Shown here piece by piece: positions 1 to 8,677 of a stretch of DNA of 64,000 nucleotides. The translations under genes and the position numbers were made by a program. This DNA is from a virus. The notes beneath the pieces were generated by a model, which was not told the origin of the DNA, did no database searches, and saw only the letters and a list, made by a program, of their open reading frames with translations. The stretch lies in the IMG/VR virus record IMGVR_UViG_3300023179_000039, positions 45,660-109,659 of that record; one strand, 5' to 3'. Position 1 is the stretch's first letter; each line of letters starts with the position of its first letter.

Positions 1-363
1 AAAGGCTGCAACCTTAAGATTAAAGTAGAAAAGCAAGGTGAATATCCTACTTATGTTTCATCTAAGTTTACTACACCCAAGGAAATTGAAGGCCTAGATG
101 ATGATTCTTTTAAGAAAGTATATAGCAGCGCCTTTGATCTCGAATCGTATGTTAGTGTAAAGAGTTATGATGAACTTAAGGACATCCTCGATTCACATTA
201 CCATGGCACTAAGGACGTTGAAGATGTAATTGAAGAGCCTGTAGCTAAAAAGACATCAGCTCCAACCCCTTCCGTTAATGTTACAGTCAAGCCTTCGAAA
301 ACAGAAGCAAAAGCTGTTACAGAAGACGACGAGAGCATTAGCGAACTTCTTAAGGACCTTTAA
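1..363 (+). CDS. gp32: Single-stranded DNA-binding protein (T4 gp32-like), C-terminal part, 5' truncated by window edge
   Basis: Frame 1 reads KGCNLKIKVEKQGEYPTYVSSKF...KSYDELK...DDESISELLKDL*; matches the gp32 GxNxKxK...Y.xSxF...KSYDEL pattern and acidic tail. Confidence 0.8.
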   Translation, partial: KGCNLKIKVEKQGEYPTYVSSKFTTPKEIEGLDDDSFKKVYSSAFDLESYVSVKSYDELKDILDSHYHGTKDVEDVIEEPVAKKTSAPTPSVNVTVKPSKTEAKAVTEDDESISELLKDL

Positions 364-366
364 TTA

Positions 367-786
367 ATGGAAATGCAGGAACTTTCTCCTGAAGAGCTCA
401 AATTAACAGCTCTTCAATTTATGGGTCAACATCTCACTGGTGATCTTAAGGAGTTAAATAAAAATATTGTAAGTCAAAATAGAACATTACAGGGCATGAC
501 TATAGACCCTGTGAGAATTATTAACACTATTCCTGCAGGGCATAATAATCAGCATATAAACCCATATGCTAATGTTGTTAACGCTGGTATTAATGTAGCC
601 CAGCAAAGACCAATCAACGTTCAAGCCTCCGCTGTACATCAAATTCAAACTGAACAACCAGCAGTTATTAATGACCCGAATCAGCTTGAATTTGAATTTA
701 ATAACTCAACAATTGCAAAACAAATATTTGAAAAATTAGATATTATTCTCAAAAAAATTGATAGTTTAGAAAACAAGCTTAAATAA
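367..786 (+). CDS. Hypothetical protein
   Basis: ORF track; starts 3 nt after gp32 stop; C-terminal coiled-coil-like segment. Confidence 0.7.
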   Translation: MEMQELSPEELKLTALQFMGQHLTGDLKELNKNIVSQNRTLQGMTIDPVRIINTIPAGHNNQHINPYANVVNAGINVAQQRPINVQASAVHQIQTEQPAVINDPNQLEFEFNNSTIAKQIFEKLDIILKKIDSLENKLK

Positions 787-790
787 GTTT

Positions 791-1471
791 ATGCCTGATT
801 TTGAGAACTTAGTGATTCATACTCATTTAGGTTTAGGTGATCACTTTATTTGTTGCGGATTAGTTAGAAAGCTAGCTTTAAAAGGCGACTATAAAAAGTA
901 TTACGTTGCTGTTAAAAAAAATAATTTTTCTTCTGTAAAACCGCTCTACAGTGATTTAGAAAATATTGATTTTATAGTTGTTACACAGGACAATGAGGTA
1001 GGAGGTAGCTTACCTCCTAATAGCGAATATTTGAGAGTAGGCTTTTTTCAGCGCCCTTGGCTTAGATTTGATATAGGTTTTTATGATCAAGTTGGGTTTG
1101 ATATTAAAGACAAATATGAATATTTTAAAATTAATAGAAACATAGAAAAAGAAAAAGAAGTAATTGATAAAGTTTGCCCACAAGGAGATTTTATTTTTGT
1201 AAATAATACATCTTCTTCTGGTACTTTTGATTTTAAAATAGACAATAATTTACCAGTGGTATTACCAGATCCCAGCTTAGAATTTGCTGCTGTTGACTAT
1301 TTAGGGGTTATTGAAAAGGCTAAGGAAGTTCATCTTCTGCATAGTAGTTTTCTATGTCTTACCGACTTAGCGCTAAATCGCGGCGAGCTGTTTTTTCATA
1401 GAGTTAAAAAGAGTAGTGATGATGAACTTAATCCCGATCTAAGACTTAATTGGACTAAAATTGATTATTGA
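791..1471 (+). CDS. Putative glycosyltransferase-like protein (GT-B/GT9-like N-terminus)
   Basis: HLGLGDHFICCGLVR N-terminus; IEKAKEVHLLHSSF C-terminal motif. Confidence 0.5.
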   Translation: MPDFENLVIHTHLGLGDHFICCGLVRKLALKGDYKKYYVAVKKNNFSSVKPLYSDLENIDFIVVTQDNEVGGSLPPNSEYLRVGFFQRPWLRFDIGFYDQVGFDIKDKYEYFKINRNIEKEKEVIDKVCPQGDFIFVNNTSSSGTFDFKIDNNLPVVLPDPSLEFAAVDYLGVIEKAKEVHLLHSSFLCLTDLALNRGELFFHRVKKSSDDELNPDLRLNWTKIDY

Positions 1472-1495
1472 TATCTTGCATATATAAGCTATTAT
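1468..1495 (+). promoter_or_regulatory. Sigma70-type promoter (gp45)
   Basis: TTGATA-N16-TATTAT-N6-GTG. Confidence 0.75.
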
Positions 1496-1501
1496 AAACA
1501 T

Positions 1502-2233
1502 GTGAATTTAAATGTAAAAGATAAAGATAATTTTTTATTAAATTTTGTTACACCGTTAAGCAAAGTTGCTGATAGCGCAGTTTTAAAAGTTAAGAATGGT
1601 AAAATAACATCATTAATATCGACAAGCGATAATACTATTATTGTATATTCTGAATATAATGACGATGCAATTAAAGCAGATTCTACTCTTAATATTCCTG
1701 ACCTAAAGAAGTTAAGTAGAGTTATTTCATGTGTTGAAGAGCCAAAATTAGATTTCGATATATCATCAAACTATATCGGATATAATTCGAATAATGTAAG
1801 ATTTAAATACCATCTTTACGATGACGGTATTATACCTTCACCTAAACTTAGTATCGATAAACTTAATGCTTTAGAATTTGATGGTAAATTCACCCTCCCT
1901 TTTAGTTCCGTTATTAATCTTATTAAAGGCAGCTCTATTAGTACCGAAACAAATAAAGTTTATATCAGTGTAAAGAATAATTCTGTATTTGGTGAGCTAA
2001 CTGATAAAACTAGAGCTAACATAGATTCATATGGAATTAATATTTCTACAGATTATGAAGGCACACAGTTTGCCATTGCTATACCGTTGAATTTTGAGAT
2101 ATTTAGAATAATTTCTTCTATGAAGTTCAAAGAGCTACAAGCCCACCTTATTACAAAAATGGGCGTAATGACGCTTGATTTAAATCTTGATAATGCAAAA
2201 TTTAAATTTGTTATTTCTGCACTAGCTAACTAA
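1502..2233 (+). CDS. gp45: DNA polymerase sliding clamp (gp45-like)
   Basis: 243 aa; LNIPDLKKL motif resembling gp45 IYDLxxFL; FKYHLYD; FxFxxSA C-terminus; replication context. Confidence 0.7.
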   Translation: MNLNVKDKDNFLLNFVTPLSKVADSAVLKVKNGKITSLISTSDNTIIVYSEYNDDAIKADSTLNIPDLKKLSRVISCVEEPKLDFDISSNYIGYNSNNVRFKYHLYDDGIIPSPKLSIDKLNALEFDGKFTLPFSSVINLIKGSSISTETNKVYISVKNNSVFGELTDKTRANIDSYGINISTDYEGTQFAIAIPLNFEIFRIISSMKFKELQAHLITKMGVMTLDLNLDNAKFKFVISALAN

Positions 2234-2234
2234 T

Positions 2235-2609
2235 ATGAGTAAAAATAAAATTAAAACACCTAGTTACTTTATTAAGCGTTTGCGAGATAACGGGTTTGTT
2301 GTTATTAAGCTTTTTAATGTCTATAGCAAATGTGACCCGCGTAGATGGACAGTAATGGTTAACCCTAGTTTTGAATCTGTTCTTATTACATGCTATACAA
2401 ACAAGGATAATATTGATGAGGTGTTGTTTGAATTTAATGATGGCGATAGAAAAATTCAGCGTAATTTCTCAATTAAGACAGATTCTATTGAAGTAATAAT
2501 AACTTTCTTAATTAGACATGGTATTTCTAATAATGTTGATTACCAAGGACGTAGCAGATACTTGTCAAGGAGACTAAATAATTATGATGAAAAACAAAAA
2601 GTTGCCTAA
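2235..2609 (+). CDS. Hypothetical protein
   Basis: ORF track; coupled to gp45 (TAA-T-ATG). Confidence 0.7.
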   Translation: MSKNKIKTPSYFIKRLRDNGFVVIKLFNVYSKCDPRRWTVMVNPSFESVLITCYTNKDNIDEVLFEFNDGDRKIQRNFSIKTDSIEVIITFLIRHGISNNVDYQGRSRYLSRRLNNYDEKQKVA

Positions 2610-2910
2610 AGACAATAGTTCTGATAAAAACTTTAATCCTAATGAGAATAAAGAAATTAAAGAACTTACTCACAAGGCTTTGCTGTCATTTTTAAAAGAA
2701 CAGATTTCCGAAAGAAACTCAAATAAAAAAGACCTCGACGCGTTACACGCTCAAATACTAGAATTTCTTAATTGCTTTATTTTAATTGGCTACAATTTTC
2801 AAGGCGAGCCAATTTCAATGATATCTGCGCACAATCAGCAAGAGGCCGACTCTTTAGCCGCTTTAATTAATAAATTTATTTTGAACTCTTCTAAAGATCA
2901 AAACGATTGA
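2587..2910 (+). CDS. Hypothetical protein
   Basis: ORF track start 2584; TAAATA ends 6 nt before the second ATG (2587). Confidence 0.65.
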   Translation: MKNKKLPKDNSSDKNFNPNENKEIKELTHKALLSFLKEQISERNSNKKDLDALHAQILEFLNCFILIGYNFQGEPISMISAHNQQEADSLAALINKFILNSSKDQND

Positions 2911-2934
2911 TATAGCTATTTTTTCTATTAAAAT
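2907..2934 (+). promoter_or_regulatory. Sigma70-type promoter (RmlD-like)
   Basis: TTGATA-N16-TAAAAT-N6-GTG. Confidence 0.75.
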
Positions 2935-2940
2935 AATCGA

Positions 2941-3774
2941 GTGAAAGTATTAGTCCTAGGAAAGGGATTTATTGGATCTAAGCTTATTGATTTTTTAAGA
3001 TTAAAAGATGTTGATACTTTTGGTATTGCGCAGAACGAAATTAATTATACTAGCTCTAGAGCGCTTGCTAATCTTTTAAGAGATTACAACTTTACTCACG
3101 TTATTAATTGCTGCGGGTATACAGGTGTACCGAATGTAGACGGATGTGAGAGTAATAAAGAAGACTGTTGGAAATATAATGTAGTTATTGCTTCAAAAAT
3201 TGATAGCCTTGTAAAATACTATAATAAAAAAATGATTCACATTTCAAGCGGTTGCATATACACCGGATATGAAAAAGAATTTGAGGAAACAGATGTACCT
3301 AATTTTGGATTGTTTAATCCGCAGTCGAGTTTTTATAGTAAAACAAAACACGCATTCGAGACAATTATTGACACACATTGCTCTGCAATATTTAGAATAA
3401 GAATGCCTTTTACCGGGTTACGTGAAAATAAAAATTATCTTTACAAGCTTTTAAAATATGATAATTTAATTTCTATGCCTAATAGCTTAACAGGCGTTAA
3501 TGATCTTAATGAACTTGTTTATAAATTTATTTTAGATTTTAGACCAGGACTATATAATGTAGTTAACCCTCAACCTTTGACAGCTAAAGAAATTGTCGAT
3601 ATTATGAAAAAATATAATATTAATAATGTAAATTGGAAGTTTATTGATATATCTAATCTTAATACTGTAGCAAATAGGTCTAATTGCGTGTTAAGTGCTA
3701 ATAAACTAAAGAGCTTAGGTCTATCATTACCAGATACATTAGTTTCATTAGAAAACTGTATAAAGTCCTTATGA
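2941..3774 (+). CDS. NAD(P)-dependent sugar reductase/epimerase, RmlD (dTDP-4-dehydrorhamnose reductase)-like SDR
   Basis: GKGFIG Rossmann motif, INCCGYTGVPNVDGCE, HISSGCIY, YSKTK catalytic YxxxK, RSNCVL. Confidence 0.85.
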   Translation: MKVLVLGKGFIGSKLIDFLRLKDVDTFGIAQNEINYTSSRALANLLRDYNFTHVINCCGYTGVPNVDGCESNKEDCWKYNVVIASKIDSLVKYYNKKMIHISSGCIYTGYEKEFEETDVPNFGLFNPQSSFYSKTKHAFETIIDTHCSAIFRIRMPFTGLRENKNYLYKLLKYDNLISMPNSLTGVNDLNELVYKFILDFRPGLYNVVNPQPLTAKEIVDIMKKYNINNVNWKFIDISNLNTVANRSNCVLSANKLKSLGLSLPDTLVSLENCIKSL

Positions 3775-4061
3775 TATTTGGCTTTAATAAACACCCCAAG
3801 CGTAAAGTTGTCTATGCTATAACCGGCGGCAAATATCTAGGAGAACTATTTGTTTTTATGGAAGAAAAAGATAATAATTTTATTTTTCTATCTTTACCCG
3901 AAATGATTGTTAGAGAAGTTCCTAAAGAAAAATTTATGTTTGGGTTAACCGAAAAAATTATTGATGTCGTCCAAAAGATACCTAGCTATGTTTACAATGT
4001 ATGTAAAGCACAGTATAATAAGAATAAAACACGTGAAACAGCATTAGCTGTTAATAAATAG
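3771..4061 (+). CDS. Hypothetical protein
   Basis: ATGA overlap with upstream gene. Confidence 0.7.
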   Translation: MIFGFNKHPKRKVVYAITGGKYLGELFVFMEEKDNNFIFLSLPEMIVREVPKEKFMFGLTEKIIDVVQKIPSYVYNVCKAQYNKNKTRETALAVNK

Positions 4062-4065
4062 TTTT

Positions 4066-4272
4066 ATGGACTTTATCGTACCTAAGAAAATTGTTTCACC
4101 TATAAGCGGCGAAACAGTCGTTCCTCGTTTACATACATATGTGAGAGAGGGTAAGCAAATCGTAGAAGCAGAATATATTGACCCTGCAAGCGGAGTCTTT
4201 ATTAGAAAAGGCATTGTTTCAGTAACAGATTTGCCTAAACAAAATAAAAATACAGACAAAAAAGCTGAATAA
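4066..4272 (+). CDS. Hypothetical small late protein
   Basis: ORF with TAAATA-N5-ATG. Confidence 0.7.
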   Translation: MDFIVPKKIVSPISGETVVPRLHTYVREGKQIVEAEYIDPASGVFIRKGIVSVTDLPKQNKNTDKKAE

Positions 4273-4280
4273 CTTTTGTC

Positions 4281-4308
4281 TTGTATTTGTTTGTTAAACT
4301 ATTATACT
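4281..4308 (+). promoter_or_regulatory. Sigma70-type promoter (primase)
   Basis: TTGTAT-N16-TATACT-N6-GTG. Confidence 0.7.
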
Positions 4309-4314
4309 TAACTT

Positions 4315-5346
4315 GTGTTAGTTCCTACCGAATATATACTGCAAAAATTCTATCAATATGCAGGCTACCCGCAATTTAAGAAAACAAGCAATACGTATAT
4401 TGCAGGGTGTCCAATTTGTAGGGAGGGTAAATCGTGGGGTAAGAAGAGAAGATGTATTTTTATACCTGAAGATGGTGTTGTATGTTGTCATAATTGCGGG
4501 TGGTATAGTAATGCTGTAAAATGGATAACTGAGGTATCTGGTCTTTCGTTCTCTGAAATAGTAAACGAATCTAAAGAATTTGATGTGTTGCCATTAAACG
4601 TGTATCAAGAAGAAAAAAAGCCTGTTAAAAAACCAGCTGCTACTTTACCTTCTGATTGTATAAATTTGTTTGATTCAAATCAGATAGATTTTTATAAAGA
4701 TAACTCAGTAGTAAAGGATGCCTTAGAATTAATTAAAAATAGAAAATTAGATGTAGCTATTAATAGACCGGATACGCTGTGGGTTACTTGTAAAGACAAG
4801 ATTCATAAGAATAGAATAGTGATACCTTTTTATGATGAAAACAATAATATTATTTTCTATCAAACCAGGCTCATATATAAAAAAGATGAGCGAATGTATC
4901 CAAAATATCTAAGCAAGGTAAACGGTGAAAAGTCACTATATAATGTTAATAAGATTTCATCTAATTTAGAATATATTTTTATTTTTGAAGGCCCTATAGA
5001 TGCTTTTTTTGTTAAAAATGGAACAGCTGTTGCTGGTATTCAAGAGAAAAGTTCTAATACATTTTCTACACTACAAGAGCATCAAATGTTATCTTATAAA
5101 TTTTTTAATAAAATATGGGTATTAGATAGTCAGTGGCAAGATAAAGCTAGCAGAAATAAAACTAATAAATTAATTGAATCTGGTGAAACAGTATTTATTT
5201 GGCCTGAAAACGTTGGTAAAAAATATAAAGATATTAATGAGATGTGCGTGGACAGAGACTTATCTCAAATAGATCCAGAGTTTATAATTAGTAACTCACA
5301 CAAAGATATGAAAGCCAAGCTTTTAATGTCTATTATCTGTCGTTAG
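4315..5346 (+). CDS. gp61: DNA primase (T4 gp61-like)
   Basis: Zn ribbon CPIC...CHNCG; IVIPFYD; TOPRIM FEGPIDA; KDINE. Confidence 0.92.
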   Translation: MLVPTEYILQKFYQYAGYPQFKKTSNTYIAGCPICREGKSWGKKRRCIFIPEDGVVCCHNCGWYSNAVKWITEVSGLSFSEIVNESKEFDVLPLNVYQEEKKPVKKPAATLPSDCINLFDSNQIDFYKDNSVVKDALELIKNRKLDVAINRPDTLWVTCKDKIHKNRIVIPFYDENNNIIFYQTRLIYKKDERMYPKYLSKVNGEKSLYNVNKISSNLEYIFIFEGPIDAFFVKNGTAVAGIQEKSSNTFSTLQEHQMLSYKFFNKIWVLDSQWQDKASRNKTNKLIESGETVFIWPENVGKKYKDINEMCVDRDLSQIDPEFIISNSHKDMKAKLLMSIICR

Positions 5347-5737
5347 CAGAAATAAGATATCCCTTTAACGATTCGCTTAGCGAGCTTAATTCTGAAGCAA
5401 GTCTCGCTATTTTCTTTTTTTCACTTCTAGCAATATCTTCAAAAATAGTATCACAAGCTGCTGTATGTAATTGTACTTGCATGCTTGAAGGTTCTGTACT
5501 ATTTAAAAACTTAATGAATTCATCTATTTGAGAAATCCATTCTCTTAGCTTTTGAACTTGTTCTGTCTTTCTGTGATCCTGTACTTGCTCTCTACCACCT
5601 TGTACATCAAAATCTTCAGGCTTTGCATTAGTTAATGTCTGTGCCATAGCTTCTTTGTCGTTAGCAGGAGCAGCAGGTTCTGGGGTAGTTTCGTCAGCTT
5701 CTAAAAGCGTATAAAATCTTTTAACAAATGAACTCAT
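5333..5737 (-). CDS. Hypothetical late protein, possibly internal head protein
   Basis: TAAATA-N5-ATG; N-terminus MSSFVKRFYTLLEA. Confidence 0.7.
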   Translation of the reverse strand: MSSFVKRFYTLLEADETTPEPAAPANDKEAMAQTLTNAKPEDFDVQGGREQVQDHRKTEQVQKLREWISQIDEFIKFLNSTEPSSMQVQLHTAACDTIFEDIARSEKKKIARLASELSSLSESLKGYLISANDR

Positions 5738-5742
5738 ATTAT

Positions 5743-5762
5743 TATTTATTATTGAATAAATA
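5743..5762. promoter_or_regulatory. Back-to-back late promoters
   Basis: TAAATA on minus (5743-5748) and plus (5757-5762), each 5 nt from a start codon. Confidence 0.7.
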
Positions 5763-5767
5763 ATTTT

Positions 5768-6154
5768 GTGAGAAAAAAGCTTGTTTTTGAAGATATTCTT
5801 AACTATAACAAATGGGTTTCTGGTATAGCTTCAAGAGAGCTTGCCACTCAAAAAGTTACACTTAAAGACATTTTTAACGGACCTTCCACCGAACAAAGCC
5901 CTAATGATGCTAAAGCAGACCCTGTAGTACCTTATCCTTTACAAAATACTGTACAACAGATAGGAGAGCTTTATATTAATGCTACTAATGCAAAACAATC
6001 AGTTCTAAGCTCTTTAAATAACCCTGTATTAAAAGATAATAAAATAGCAAAAGAAGCAGTTAAAGGTGTTTTAGAAAGATTAGATATTATTATAAACACC
6101 GTACAAGACATAATAAAGTTAACTAATAAGCCGGTTGCAAAAAAAGAAAAATAA
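5768..6154 (+). CDS. Hypothetical late protein
   Basis: TAAATA-N5-GTG. Confidence 0.7.
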   Translation: MRKKLVFEDILNYNKWVSGIASRELATQKVTLKDIFNGPSTEQSPNDAKADPVVPYPLQNTVQQIGELYINATNAKQSVLSSLNNPVLKDNKIAKEAVKGVLERLDIIINTVQDIIKLTNKPVAKKEK

Positions 6155-6162
6155 GTTATAAT
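6135..6162 (+). promoter_or_regulatory. Sigma70-type promoter
   Basis: TTGCAA-N16-TATAAT-N6-ATG. Confidence 0.75.
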
Positions 6163-6168
6163 ACTATA

Positions 6169-6609
6169 ATGGCAAAAAGACTCTTGGGTCAACTAATATC
6201 TTTGTTATTAGTTTCAGTTATTTTTAGTGTGTTATTAAAACACTTTGATGTAAGCTATTGGGTGGGTGGGCTGTTCGGTATTGCAGTACAGTTTGCCGGG
6301 TTTTATGCTTTTAAAGCAATTCTCTCTACTTACGCAGCATTACAAGATAAAAAGCTAGAAAACGAGCGCATAAAAGAATTATCGTATCAAGGGCTAAGCG
6401 TAGCCTGCCCTTGTTATAAAGCAGTTAAACAGTTTGTTCCTATTAAGCTTAATGCACCTAACTATTACAAATGCGGCGATTGTAACAAACTAGTAGGCGT
6501 TTATGTAAATGCAGAGACTGCTATTGTAACTGAACCGCAAGAATCTAGTCTAGAAGCAGTAAATAGTTTATTATCTAAGAGCGTTGCTGCAGCAACTAAA
6601 ACCGTATGA
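6169..6609 (+). CDS. Membrane protein with two TM helices and a Cys4 zinc ribbon
   Basis: Two hydrophobic N-terminal segments; CPC...CGDC. Confidence 0.7.
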   Translation: MAKRLLGQLISLLLVSVIFSVLLKHFDVSYWVGGLFGIAVQFAGFYAFKAILSTYAALQDKKLENERIKELSYQGLSVACPCYKAVKQFVPIKLNAPNYYKCGDCNKLVGVYVNAETAIVTEPQESSLEAVNSLLSKSVAAATKTV

Positions 6610-7058
6610 ATGTACCACAAAGCATAAGTTCAATTACAACTGACACATCTCCTGATCCCTTTGCCTCGGTAGTCAAATTACCGGATCTTCCTTTAGATGA
6701 AATTATAGCTGCCTTTAAACGCTCTTTAACCGCTAAAGAGTTAGAAGACTTTCAAACTGGCTTGGCTTATTTTAAAAAAGATATATCTTCAGAAAAAGCT
6801 ATACTAAAAAATATTTTTAATTTGGTATGTGAAATGTTAATTAAAGCTATTAACAATAGCGATTTAGATGTAGATTTAAAACCCACCCTTGCAGTACAGA
6901 TTAAAATGTCAATAGAGAGTCTTTGTAATAATTTTGATGCTTTTTACACGACTTTAATTATTTTAAATAAAAATAAAAATTTACTTGACGTGAAAGGATT
7001 AATCCTGATAATAATAGGATATGCAATCAGTCTTCTCAAAAAAACAAATAACGGTTGA
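6606..7058 (+). CDS. Hypothetical protein
   Basis: ATGA overlap; hydrophobic C-terminal segment. Confidence 0.65.
   Translation: MNVPQSISSITTDTSPDPFASVVKLPDLPLDEIIAAFKRSLTAKELEDFQTGLAYFKKDISSEKAILKNIFNLVCEMLIKAINNSDLDVDLKPTLAVQIKMSIESLCNNFDAFYTTLIILNKNKNLLDVKGLILIIIGYAISLLKKTNNG
6985..7012 (+). promoter_or_regulatory. Sigma70-type promoter
   Basis: TTGACG-N16-GATAAT-N8-ATG. Confidence 0.5.
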
Positions 7059-7323
7059 AACATCTAAAACAAAGCACGTACTAGACGCTGAAGAATATAC
7101 TAGATGGCTTTGTCTTATAGAAGCTTTAGATATCATTTCAAAAAGTGCAGAGCGCTTTAAAGTCGACTTAAACAATAGCGACTGGATTAAGCCGCTATCA
7201 CTACAAAAATATATTGTCGAAAGGTTTGAATCAATGATAGATGAAGTGTCGATGAACGAAGGTATTAAGATAAATATTAAAAAATTACCATGCACTACAT
7301 TGTCGGAACCAGTTTTAGAGTAG
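7021..7323 (+). CDS. Hypothetical protein
   Basis: ORF track; sigma70-like promoter upstream. Confidence 0.65.
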   Translation: MQSVFSKKQITVETSKTKHVLDAEEYTRWLCLIEALDIISKSAERFKVDLNNSDWIKPLSLQKYIVERFESMIDEVSMNEGIKINIKKLPCTTLSEPVLE

Positions 7324-7565
7324 CGCCTAATAGCAAAGTTAATATTAGGGATAAACGTTTTGTTCCTAATCAGAGTTATGTACTAACCTACATTTCTAGA
7401 AAACAAGATAAAGTAATTTATTTCTTTTCTGGTGGAGGTCAAAAATTTCAAATTGAATTTAATAGCTGTCGGGAAGGTGACGCGCTTATTTCAAAATTTA
7501 GAAATGAAAATATTCCTAACTACGAAGAACGTGTAGAAGAAGTAGTAGATGTTTTAAACGATTAG
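7290..7565 (+). CDS. Hypothetical protein
   Basis: ORF track. Confidence 0.6.
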   Translation: MHYIVGTSFRVAPNSKVNIRDKRFVPNQSYVLTYISRKQDKVIYFFSGGGQKFQIEFNSCREGDALISKFRNENIPNYEERVEEVVDVLND

Positions 7566-8287
7566 TATCCGCCGTAAACATTACCGTAGTCTGTCTTAGA
7601 ATAATCAAAAACAGTTTTAGAAGCAACATTTACATCATATTCATAAGGTTTATCTGCACCCGATGCATAAGGGCTTTTTGAATCTTCGAATATTTGCTGG
7701 TTTTGTGCCTCTTGTGTAACACCAGGTTCAAATGAATATTCAAATCGTTTGGCTTTTACCAACCATACGTAATGGCCCATTAGAGGGTTAATCTGTGCAA
7801 TATCTTGATCTAACCTTTGTGTTATTTCGTAAATGTTACCATTTCTTCCCCCGGGTCTGTCACTGCCATATTCAGTTAATTGCATAAGGTCACCCGACTT
7901 AGGCTCTGCGCCAGGGCCAAAGGTAGCATAGAAAGAGCTTATATGAATAAATGCAGTCATCTCATCATCTGAAACAAGACCAAACTTGCTTAACAACAAT
8001 GCATTTTCATTTAAATTTATTCCTATTATTAAGTTTTGAGGGGGAGAGTATTGCTGTGTTGGTTGTTCACCGTAAAGCATATCAGCGCTTAATGTTGTTG
8101 TATTATTAACAATATAACCTATTTTTTGCCCGTATAAATTAATCTGTTCTCTCCAGTAATTAGAAATAGTATTTCTTTCATCAGCATTCTTCTCTTTATC
8201 AGTAAATCTAAAACACGTGTTATCTTCAAAAAAGAAAGGATATGTTTTTGGCTGCTCTAAATTACCTGTATAATATTGTGTAGACAT
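7562..8287 (-). CDS. gp14: Neck/head-closure protein (T4 gp14-like)
   Basis: EQINLYGQ..Y, LYGE, LLSKFGL..DD, EPKSGDL, YEIT, KRFEYS: the gp14 signature order. Confidence 0.8.
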   Translation of the reverse strand: MSTQYYTGNLEQPKTYPFFFEDNTCFRFTDKEKNADERNTISNYWREQINLYGQKIGYIVNNTTTLSADMLYGEQPTQQYSPPQNLIIGINLNENALLLSKFGLVSDDEMTAFIHISSFYATFGPGAEPKSGDLMQLTEYGSDRPGGRNGNIYEITQRLDQDIAQINPLMGHYVWLVKAKRFEYSFEPGVTQEAQNQQIFEDSKSPYASGADKPYEYDVNVASKTVFDYSKTDYGNVYGGY

Positions 8288-8288
8288 G

Positions 8289-8609
8289 TTATTTCTCTAG
8301 AACTGCCTTTCCAATTAATGGATCAAATCTTAAAATTATCCCAGTATTACCTAGTTTTTTTGGTGTAGTACTAGCATATTTTAGATTAAACTCATCTTCT
8401 ATTTGCTTTATTTCGGCTGTATTTAAAACGACTCTACCTTGTGTTTTACGTAATAGACCCTCTACTTTTTGATTTTTATGAATGGTTCTATGTGCTTTCG
8501 GTACAAATCTTGATTGCGAAGGCAGGGTAGCTCCTAGACCTTCATGACGCTTTTTAACAAAATTACCTTTTTTATTGAATTTACGCCAATGGTCTTTAAA
8601 CGTATTCAC
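8289..8609 (-). CDS. Basic hypothetical late protein
   Basis: TAAATA-N5-GTG; Lys/Arg-rich. Confidence 0.65.
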   Translation of the reverse strand: MNTFKDHWRKFNKKGNFVKKRHEGLGATLPSQSRFVPKAHRTIHKNQKVEGLLRKTQGRVVLNTAEIKQIEDEFNLKYASTTPKKLGNTGIILRFDPLIGKAVLEK

Positions 8610-8623
8610 ATTATTATTTAAGC

Positions 8624-8654
8624 AAAAAAAAGGGCCTAATTTGACTTAGGCCCT
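8624..8654 (-). terminator. Rho-independent terminator
   Basis: 9-bp stem AGGGCCTAA/TTAGGCCCT with 6-nt loop, followed by a T-run on the minus strand, just downstream of the 8678-9607 gene. Confidence 0.8.
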
Positions 8655-8677
8655 AATTTTTATTAGCTACTTAACGC

